From: Ministeria vibrans ATCC 50519
Taxonomy: Eukaryota; Protista; Filasterea
Assembly: GCA_943704425.1 (NCBI GenBank)
Contig: CALSCP010001284.1
Coordinates: 11,692-44,439, forward strand
DNA: 32,748 nt
Direction of reading: 5' to 3'
The position numbers and the translations under genes were made by a program. Shown one piece after another: positions 1 through 13,662 of this stretch (positions within the stretch are counted from its first letter, which is position 1; each line of letters starts with the position of its first letter). The notes under the pieces are model-generated. The model was not told where the DNA came from. It worked only from the letters and a program-made list of their open reading frames with translations, and made no database searches.

Positions 1-95
1 CCCCCCCCGCCCCAACCGTTCTTTCACCTCCTCCTCATCCATTCAATTATTTCTTTCTTGCTTCTTTCTTTTACCCTCTCTGTTCTTTTCTTTAG

Positions 96-503
96 GCTGT
101 CTGTCAGGTTATTAAGAACCGTCCGGCGTATTTTGCCGAGCGAGTGTACGTGCATTTTTTTTGTGTTATTTTAGTTTTCCTCTTTCTTGCACTCTTCTCT
201 CATTCGCTGATTGTCCGTTTGTCTTCACTAGCTACAAGACAATGAAGGGCGTGGGCACCAACGACACGGCACTCATTCGCATTGTTGTGTCGCGCTCTGA
301 AGTCGACATGGTGCAGATCAAGGAGGAGTTCATGAAGGGTATACGACCACACACACTAGTGCATTATTTTCATTTCCCCTCTGATTTTGTTTTTGTTTTT
401 GTTTTGTTCGCTAGCCTACAAGAAGACTGTTGCCAAGATGATTGAGAAGGACACCAGCGGCGACTACAAGAAGGCTCTTATTGCGCTTGTCAAGACCCCT
501 TGA
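96..503 (+). CDS. Annexin, C-terminal part (gene begins upstream of window)
   Basis: Exons ~96-145, 232-338 and ~415-503 splice to [81 protein letters not shown]. This is a classic annexin repeat 4 (MKGxGTxD..LIRI.VSRSE.D; DTSGDY). Confidence 0.95.
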
Positions 504-580
504 TTACTGTCAAAAAAAAGAAAATGAAATTCAACTTTCTTTCCTTTTATCTTTTTTCCTTCTTCGGCTTTTTGCGACAT

Positions 581-2967
581 ATGAGTGCTCGTTTGGTGCA
601 GTGTCCGCAGATCCGCCCGGTTCGCGAAGAGGACGTGGACGACTTTTCCATTGCGGATGGCGGGCGCATCCAGATTGATTCGGAAACGTGGATTGAACTT
701 CGATCCCAGGAACAAACCAAGGTAAGTGTTTTCCCATGTGACTGTTGTTTCTGTTGAGGCTGACTGAAGACGTCGTCGGGCCTGACCGAGTCTCGGAGAG
801 GCGTTTTTTTTATTATCGTGTTTTGTTTGCCGTTTTTGTTTGGTTGCGTAGCAACACACATTTTGAGAAACGCTTAAACTCGTATCGATCGTGATGGTCG
901 CGACGTAGACCGTTACATAAAGTGAGTGCGCACATTGTTCACGCCTTGGCTTCTCTCTGCTGAGTAGATATTTTACACACTGGACGGCTCGAAACCCGAC
1001 CCGTTCTGTCGCTCGACAACGCTCTCGGCCACCACCAAGTATGTGCGCCCGCTGGTGTTTGAGCCTGGAGAGTATGTTATCAAAGCGGTGGCCCAGACCA
1101 GCGACAAGACGCGCGAGTCGAATGTGATCACGCGACGACTGGTGGTCGTCAAGGCGAGCACCCTAAAGCGGACGGCGGCCAAGACGGGCGTCTCCGTTGC
1201 AGAGTTACAGGCGGCCGCAGCAAAAGCTGCCGATCAAGAAGTGGTGCGTCCGCGCGGTTCGACCACGCCAGAACTCAGTGTACACGAGCGTCTTCACCGC
1301 AACGCTGGCTCGCTACGTCGCACCGCCACAGCCACCGCCACCGCACATACAAATGTTGCCCCGTCGATAGACTCGGCATCGACGACTCGCGAAGAGGCCC
1401 AACTCATGCAAGCGCTGCTGGACGTGGCAAGCCGTGCTGATCGTACTGCAGACAGCAGCCGCTTGACTCTGCTTCGCAGCATGATAGACCTGCTCAAGAA
1501 TGATTCGTCGCATGCGCATGTGCCGCCACCACAACCAGCTGCAGCACGCTCGAGTACTGCGTCTACTAGTGCACGCGTTCGACCACGGGCCAATAGCCAT
1601 CACAGACCGTCGACTCGAGCTCATGAAGACAGCGCGTTGGCAACACGCTTGAGTACGAGTAGGGCGCCCAAGGCGGACGAGGACCTGTCGGCAACGGCAA
1701 GTGCAGTGGCTCTTGAGCTCATGCGCTACCTCCAACAGCAACAACACACTGCTTCAGGCACACGCAAGGATTCTAGCGTACCGGTGGGGCAATCGTCGAC
1801 GGCGGCAACGTCATCAACAAGCGCACGACGTCGCTCTGGTAGTCTCTCGCGTTCATTGGGAAGCAAGGGCACGTCGGCAGTCGGGAGTGGTCATGATTCG
1901 TCGTCGAGTGCACGAAGGTCGTCGTCCATGGCTGGCGCAGGCACGTTTGGCCGTCCGCCGGCGTCTGGCGCAACGTTAGCCAGTTCGACACGCAAGATGG
2001 TGCGTGGCGATGGAAGCACAAGTCGTGGAGCGATCACAGGTTCTAGATCAACTGTCGCGTCGGAGACGACGCACACACACGACTGGCGCGACCAGATGGA
2101 GCAGATTGCTCTGGGGTTGCGCGGATACGCACTGGAACACGAAGGGTTCAAGGAGCAGCTGGAACGCTATGGGCTGGGTGCCGTGGTGGGCGCAGAGCTG
2201 AGCGAGGACGTTGACTGCCTCAATCTGACGCTGGCGTTTGATCTGACGGACAAGGAGCGCTTTCACACGACCACCAATGTGGTGTACACAACACGTGGCT
2301 CAACGGCACAGCACTTGGAACAGGTGACGGGGCGTGCGCAGACGGACCATGGACGTGCAACGCACGTGCCGACAGCCTTGGCGCAGGAGCAGCTGCGCGT
2401 CAAGACAGGCGGGCGCGGCACGACCGGTACGGAGCGGCTACACAAGGGCGCGTACAGTGTCATGGAGAGTCGACTGCTTGCCGTCGAGGTGGGTGGCGAT
2501 GGCGAAGGGCGTGTCAGCGTCGTCAAAGAGCTCCTCAAGAAGGGTGCCGACCCCAACTACGTCGATCCCAAGACGCAAGAACCGCTACTGGCACTTGCAG
2601 CCACTCACGGCCACCCCAAGTGTATCACAGCTCTTGCACGAGCGGGCGCCGACGCCAACCAGCCTATCAGTCGCACTGCAGGCGTGCCCCTCCACCGCGC
2701 AGTCACCGCTGCAGACGCAACTCTTGCCCGTGCCTCCGTTGAGGCTCTTCTCGCTGTACGATCCCAAGCGATGCGCAATTGACACTCACACGTCGACCTT
2801 TCTCCTCTGAAATATGAATTTTGTAGGCGGGTGCCAATGTCAACGTGAAGAACAGTCGAGGGGACACTCCGTGTAACCTCGCAACAAAGATTGGACGCAC
2901 CGATATTGCCAAGTGCTTCTCACAGGCGCTTGGCAAAGAGCTCCTCACCCAAATGATGCGCACTTGA
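581..2967 (+). CDS. DZANK1: DZANK1-like protein (N-terminal Fn3-associated/CHB_HEX_C domain, C-terminal ankyrin repeats; zinc ribbons absent)
   Basis: Exons 581-721, 968-2755, 2827-2967. Motifs [46 protein letters not shown] and RLLAVEVGGDGEGRVSVVKELLKKGADPN match animal DZANK1 as I recall it ([54 protein letters not shown]). Confidence 0.85.
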
Positions 2968-3042
2968 CTGACTGCACATCTCCACCATCTTTTATTATTA
3001 CACAAACTGAAACTAACTTGAATTACGTATTAAACACCTTCG

Positions 3043-4136
3043 CTAAACGAGTTCCCAACGCACACTGTCGCGCCCCGGTGTCTGGTACTTGGCGGCGGCG
3101 CGCTCATCAAGACGAAAACGAATGGGATGGTGTGTGCTGGTAAACCCCTGCTCAACGGCAATGCGACGTCGCTGCTGGACCGTGTCGTTGTCGCGGATGC
3201 GCTCGCGCGGAAGCATGCAGATGTACGCCACAAGACGCGTCAGGGCGTCTTCGCTGCGTGGTAGCTCATCCACGCGTGTTTCGTCTACTCCTTGGTTGCA
3301 GTGGATCGTGCGCGAGTCCCACACAAGAAACTGGCCCGGTTCAAGCACCACTTGGATCGCGTCGGCGACCAAGTCTTCGTCGCACGGCTGTAGCACCACA
3401 AAGTCGGCGTGTTTCGGTCGTAGCGATGCCGCTTCACCTTCAAACAGGGTTGAAAAGTAGTCTCGATGCGAGCCGGGCACAACCACTGTGCCACCGGTAA
3501 GCGCACTAGACGGCATGAAGTTGAGCAGCCCCTGGTAGAGGTCGAAGCCGGGGTGGGTAAATCCATTTTGGTCGACGTGGAACCAGCCGCCGCTCGTGAG
3601 CACGTCTCGGGGGCGCGCAGGTGAGACGGCGTGCGGATTCCGCGCGACCCCGCAGCCATCAAAGCTGGTAATCAAGTCCGCTGTGCCCCAGAGCACTTCG
3701 AAGACGCGGCGCACGCGTGGAAGAGTGCGACAGTGCCAGAGGAAGTCGCTCTGGCCAATCCCGCTGTGCGCGACAACCCCCGTGTTCGAGTCGCCAAGCC
3801 GGCCCCAAGCGGGTCCACCAAGTGTTTTCGGATCGGTTTCGTCCAATTTCTGCACAAGATTGAGTCTCAGGTCATTGTTTCGTTCGACCGAACTTTTCAT
3901 TTTTTGTTTTTGCTTTTTTTTTTTTTTCAACCACGAAAGTTTCACAGCGGTACGTAATTTACATTGTCAAGCAGATAGCGGCGAAAGAGACGCCGCCCCT
4001 CCGCGAGGTCGGCGTCGCTTGCCACTTGGTCGAAAATGCAAAATCCGTTTTCAGCCAGCGCTGCCATTGCGCCTTGGGCGTCGTTCACGCTGTACGAAGG
4101 GTACTTACGTGCAGGCACGCGCGCGTACGTTGCCAT
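3043..4136 (-). CDS. Phytanoyl-CoA dioxygenase (PhyH)-family 2OG-Fe(II) oxygenase
   Basis: Two exons (4136-~3954 and 3849-3043). LAENGFCIF, GIGQSDFLW, LITSFDG, HxD motif WFHVDQN, QGLLN, GGTVVVPGSH, distal His in WDSRTIHCN, RLVAYICMLPR. Confidence 0.88.
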
Positions 4137-4228
4137 TTGTGTATCAAAAAATCTAATGATTATGTTTACTGTTAATTGATATTATTTGATTCATCACGTT
4201 TTGAAAGCGTCAAAGTGTGAACGAAATG

Positions 4229-6011
<1,783 letters not shown>

Positions 6012-6137
6012 GTGAGAAATCAGAAATAATTGTGATTTGTCATATTTTGGTGTTATTAGTCAACTGCTAAATGTTAAACGACTAACGATCTCGAAGTCTA
6101 TTGACTATTCACTGTTAATTGTTTGGTCTGCTGTGTG

Positions 6138-7097
6138 ATGCTTCGCTGTATAGCCACTCGCGTGATTAGCACGTCGTCAAGAACGGCGATGTGCTCCAGA
6201 TCAGCATTGAGCATTCGTCGATCGTTTGTCTCACCTGCTCTCTCCGCCACGCTGCGTCCTTGCGCTATCACACCCACACCATGCACACATGCGGGCGGCT
6301 CACTCTCAAGACGAGTGGGCCCGGCCGCCCTGAGCACTCCTCTGCTCTCTCAGGTCCGATCTAAATTCTCTGCGACTTGGCCTCCCAAGCGAAAGCCAAC
6401 GGCCACGCCCAAGCCGCGCAAGCCCAAGACACACAAGGGTGTAGCCAAACGGTTTGTAATGCTCAAGGGCGGCGAGTTCAAGCGATGGCAGGTAATCCAA
6501 ACGATTCGTTTTTTTTTGTGAGCGCGTTTCGCTTTGAACCGTTCTTCAGTCCATGCGCACACGCCACATGGCCCTCTGCTCGTTCTGCCCAGCTGCAGGT
6601 GTGCATGCACTGCACTTTGCTTGAATGATCTCCAGAATATCAACGACTGAAACAACTCTCTCTCTCTCTCCCTCTGTCTCTCTCTCTCTGTCTCTCTATC
6701 ACTTTGTTTCATTTGTTTCTCATCACTTTGTTTCTTTCTCTCCTTTCTCTTTCCATTCTCTCTCTTTCTATCACTTTGTTTCTTTCTCCTCTCTATCACT
6801 TTGTTTCTTTCTCCTCTCTATCACTTTGTTTCTCTCTCTCTATCACTTTGTTTCTCTCTCTATCACTTTGTTTCTCTCTCTCTATCACTTTGTTTCTCTC
6901 TCTATCACTTTGTTTCTCTCTCTCTATCACTTTGTTTCTTTCTCCCTCCTCTCTCTCTCTCTTAGGCGGGACGACGCCATCTGATGACGCGCAAAGACAA
7001 GACAAGAAAGCGACGGATGCACAAGGCCAAGTTTTTGACCAAGGCACAGACGCGCGTCATCAAGCGCATGCTTGGCATGCGTGCTCACAAACTGTAA
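6138..7097 (+). CDS. MRPL35: Mitochondrial ribosomal protein bL35 with N-terminal transit peptide
   Basis: Exons 6138-6491 and 6966-7097: R/S-rich presequence MLRCIATRVISTSSR..., then KPKTHKGVAKRFVMLKGGEFKRWQ|AGRRHLMTRKDKTRKRRMHK..., the bL35 signature. Confidence 0.92.
6655..6962 (+). repeat. Intronic minisatellite TCTATCACTTTGTTTC(TC)n, about 20-22 bp unit
   Basis: About 10 tandem copies of ATCACTTTGTTTC in the bL35 intron. Confidence 0.9.
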
Positions 7098-7150
7098 CAT
7101 GTACACCTATCGTTTGGTTCCACCGTCAAATAATTATTAATTAACCTATT

Positions 7151-10100
7151 TTATACATTGTTCGGGTGAGGAGCGGCAGCGGGAGCAGTCGGAGCGCTGC
7201 GTCGCAAGGCGTCCGCGCGCACGAGCCATAGATAGTCAACGCCATAGAGATGACGCTCGAGCTGGGCCATGGCGTCTGCGTCGCCGCCCGTCGCCCAACC
7301 GCCGCCCAGTGTGCGCGCGTGTTCGTTTCCGGCTCGCTGTGCCGTCTCTACAAACGCATCATCTATGGCAAACTCGTTGGGCTCTTCTTCGTCTTTGTCT
7401 AAGAATAGAGAAGTGTCAGACACAATGTGAAAAAAACAAAACAAAAAAAAAAACAAAAAAAAAACAATAAAAACAAAAAAAAGGCAGCACGGGCACTATT
7501 ACCTTTCTTGAGAAAAGGAATTCCCGCAAAGCAATTCTCCTCGTCGTCGTCGGGAGCAATGGGAGCATTGCCGTGGGGCTGGAGGGGCGGACGGAAACGA
7601 ACCCACGTGAGACGGTGGGCGTCGAAGCGCATGTCACCCACCTCACTGCCGTGCGGCTGGTGCGACAGGGCCTGCGGAGCAACCAGGCGCGCCGGACGCC
7701 GCTGCTCGTCAAACGACCGCAGGTTCGCCTCCAGCTGCCGATCGGGGGCCTGTGCCACCCAACCGCGTTCTGGGTCGAGGTACATGCCGTTGACCACGCG
7801 TGCTTCGCTCGGGGGCTGACCCAGTCGTGTGATGGGGATCAGGCTATGTGCGCGGGTGCCAGTGGCCGTTACTGAAGCAGCAGCAGATGCTACTGCTGTT
7901 GGCGCCGCGGTGGGTGTTGCTCCACCTGCATTCTGATTGTTGAGTGTGCGTCGCTCACGCAGTCGCTCCATCGCCATGCGCTTCACCGATGTTGGCGTCT
8001 GCGGCGTGCGTGGCGTCGTGCGTCCTGCGCGCGGTGTGCTCCGGCTTGACCCTCCCGCCCGTGTCCCGCGCACCGGCGTATGGTTGTGGTTGTTGCTAAC
8101 GGCGTTGTTTCGACGGTGATGATTATTGTTGCTGACATGGCGCCCAATGTCCGCAATGCCGTCGAGCTCGTGTCCGTCGCTGACTACGGGCGCGGGCGGT
8201 GCCTGCGCCAGGTGAGCCGCAAGGTCTTCGGGAAACTCGACGCCAAAATCATCGTCGTAAGGGAGCGTTTCGCGCGGGACAGTCGTGTGAGAGGAAGGGC
8301 CCTGACGAATAACAATAGAAAGGGCCGGATGCGCCTGGGTCTGAGACAGTGGCTGCTGCGCGTGTGGGGGCTGGCGTGGTGGACAGGGCTGTGCAGCGGA
8401 CGTGCGGAAGCGGGCATCGCCAGGGACGGGTGGGTTGAGTAGCTGCAGCGGCGCATTGTCGTGTGCATCCAGTTCAAAGTCATCGTCGTAGCGCTCGCCC
8501 ATGTCGGCGGCGAGTGTCATTACAGGCGCAGAGATTACCCACTGCTCTGGTAACACCAACTCAAGGTCCTGTTCGGTGCAGGGGCTCGCTGACCGACGCA
8601 CACGACCCGTCATGGGCACCATGCGCCGCTCAGTGCCGTCCAATGTGCCATTGGCGTTGTTGGCGCCCTCCTGGAAGAGAATTTGTGCATCCGCCTCCTC
8701 CTGCGCCGTCATGGGCTCGCGCGTCACGAACTGCAATGGACGACAAAGGTCAGAGGGGTCGAATCCTTCAAGAAAGTCCTCGTTGCGCGCATTGGCAGCT
8801 CGGCGCCACACCGCCTCCTCATCGTCACTCTCGTCGGCGTCGTCCTCGTACACCTCTGCCACAAGAGTGTGTGCTGAGCGGGGGGTCACCTTGCGACCCG
8901 AACCCGTTGTCGCAAATCCTTCGGTGACGGTGGGAAAACGAAGAGGTGTGGCACGCACACACTCCTGATCACCAGTCGCATCTTCATCCTCGTCAAACCC
9001 GGCAAAGTCATCGTCAGCCGCTATCTGCTCCATTATTTGCGGAAGCACACGGACCGGTGCTTGTGTCTCCCAGTCCTCATCCTCCTCCTCCTCCTCATCC
9101 TCATCCTCATCGGCACTCAACAACTCATCGTCATGGTCGATACTCGCCCATCGGCTCAGCTTCAGCGCCTTCTCCTCTGCTGCACTGCTCACGACGACCA
9201 CCGACTCACCACTCGTAGACACTCCATCAATTCGTGCACCTGCACCCTCGTCCCACCGCGCGCCACCATCCACATCCTCCTCATCATCGTTGTCGTCACT
9301 AAATCCGTCGCTGAACCCGTCATCATAGTCGGGCTCAAGGGCAGCTGCACGTGCTGCTGCACCAATTTGATCGCGTCGTGCGGGTGAATCCAAGTCAAAT
9401 GCATCGCTTGTAGTGCCAGCGAGGCGCTGCGCAAACGTCGGCGATGGTTTGTTGCGTGCAACTCGCGCTGTTTCGGCGGCCATGCGCGCCATGGACGCTG
9501 CGTCATTCCCAAACAGCGTCATGGTCTTTTTCTCCTTGCCAGTCGTCTTGCTGGTCCTTGGTGGTGGTGTATCCATCCACTTGGACAGGTCTCGCTGGGT
9601 GTGGGCCGGAGGCGACGCCGGTTCCACCATGGTGGCAGTGTGAGAAGCAGCAGGCGACGCCGGCGAAATTGGCACTGTCTCCAGCGAGTCGTCGTCAAAA
9701 GGATCCAGCTCAGCAGAGGGGGGCACTGCAATTTTTGGCACGTCTGAAATACTGTTCTCAGGCTCGTCAACAGACACCGAAAAAAGATCAACAGCAACCG
9801 GTGGTAGAGCAGTGGTTTGAATAAAACTGGGCACAGCATGTGCCGAGACGAGAACAGGCGCAGTTTGTGCAACTCCCCCAGAGGGCTGCGACAACGGCTT
9901 TGTGATAGGAACAGGCGCAAGTTGTGCAGCGACATCAGAGGGTGGTGGCAACGGCTTTGTGATGGGAGCAGGCGCAAATTGTGTAACGACATCAGAGGGT
10001 GGTAACAACGCAGTTTGTGCAGCTCCACCAGAGGATTGCAACAACGGCTCTGTAAAGGGAACAGGCGCAAATTGTGCAACGACATCAGAGGATGGTGGCA

Positions 10101-10990
10101 ACGCAGTTTGTGCAGCTCCACCAGAGGGTTGTGACAACGGCTCTGTGATAGGAACAGGCGAAAATTGTGCAACGACATCAGAGGATGGTGGCAACGCAGT
10201 TTGTGCAGCTCCACCAGAGGGTTGTGACAACGGATTTGTGATAGGAAGAGGCGCAAGTTGTGCAGCTCCACCAGAGGATTGCAACAACGGCTCTGTGACG
10301 GGAACAGGCGCAGTATGGGTCAACGGCTTCGAGACAGGAACCGACACAACTTGTGCCATCGTCTTTGACTCACTTGGAGTCTCCAAAGACTCGACAGCAC
10401 GCATGCCCTCTCCAAAGGCATACGTGGGGCTTGTGGCAGGCGGCCAGGAGAGACCGGCGCCACCGGAGGCAGGCTGGATGGGCACATCGGAGGCGGCCGT
10501 CGAGTGCGTCCACGGCACGGCGTTGAAGTCGACGACGGTGCTCTCGGGAGACACCTGCGGCCTGCCGTTCTGCTGCAGCGTCACCTGGTCAGCAAGTGGC
10601 TTCTCTGAGTATACGGGCAAAGAACTTCGATTGGTCGCCTGAAAACCGAGAGAAACAGACGAAAGAGTTATCTTTTCGATTTGAAGTGTCGAGATTCGTT
10701 TTTTTTCTGTTGTTGGCTTTTCAAAAAAGTGCGAAAATGACAAAAGAACGCAAGAAAACAGCACTCACCGTGGAAGACGTGAGTCTGTAACGCTGCTGCC
10801 AGAGGAGAACACACACAACGGCGAGGAAGAGGGAGAGGAGGAGTGTGGTGAGGGAGAGGAAGAGATGCACTGTTGCGCCCAACGACGCCAGCACAAGGAG
10901 CACCGCAGCACGCCGTTGCTTCCGCGTCAGCGGTAGCGATGCCCACCACTGGTGAGCCAGTTGCCGCCAGTGACGGATTAAGGTGCTCAT
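7151..10990 (-). CDS. Byr4/Bfa1-like protein (SIN/MEN two-component GAP scaffold subunit)
   Basis: Exons 10990-10769, 10638-7503, 7398-7151. Acidic YDDDFEL/DDDFAGF motifs, paired C-terminal repeats VNGMYLDPERGW and VGDMRFDAHRLTWV, DDDEENCFAG, EFAIDDAFVE...W...DYLWLVR resemble the fungal Byr4/Bfa1 C-terminus (GMxYxP..W / GGMxFDPxRMxW / EFDVGPEF). Confidence 0.65.
9850..10320 (-). repeat. Coding tandem repeat (~93 bp / 31 aa, PITEPLSQPSGGAAQTALPPSSDVVAQFAPV) inside the Byr4-like gene
   Basis: Three near-identical full units plus partial 19-aa units are visible in DNA and protein. Confidence 0.9.
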
Positions 10991-11102
10991 ACGAAAATAA
11001 TAAAAATATGATTGAACTTTGGTCTTTACTCTTTAGTTTCACAAGTTTGAATAATCATTAATCATTATAACTAAAGTACAATCTTCATTATTCATATTAC
11101 AA

Positions 11103-13300
<2,198 letters not shown>

Positions 13301-13617
13301 GGCCGCCAAGAAGAGTATGCAGACAAAAGCACACGTAGAAAATGAAGATGAAGATTATGATTATGGTTGTGACTAAGTTCAGTGAGTAAGTTGATATTGT
13401 TAAGACTGGCAGACCGCAGAAGTATTGTGCTACGCAAGTCTTCATTGTCTTGTTTTGACATTGAGTACACTCAGTACAGCTCTCGATTCTATTCTCTCTA
13501 TTATTTATATTCTTATTTCGCATTCACTTTTCAACATGTCAATTAAAGTAGAAAAATACTAACCCTAAAGTCTTATTAAAATAAATGAAAATACAATAAT
13601 AAAAATATTTTATTTTA

Positions 13618-13618
13618 T

Positions 13619-13650
<32 letters not shown>
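13618..13650. repeat. (TAT)n microsatellite
   Basis: Direct. Confidence 0.9.
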
Positions 13651-13652
<2 letters not shown>

Positions 13653-13662
13653 AGTCATACTT

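Noticed and set aside
6690-6940. TCTCTATCACT matches half of the tet operator (TCTCTATCACTGATAGGGA)
   Set aside because: Only the half-site occurs, never the palindrome, and it is embedded in native CT-rich introns. Coincidence, not vector contamination.
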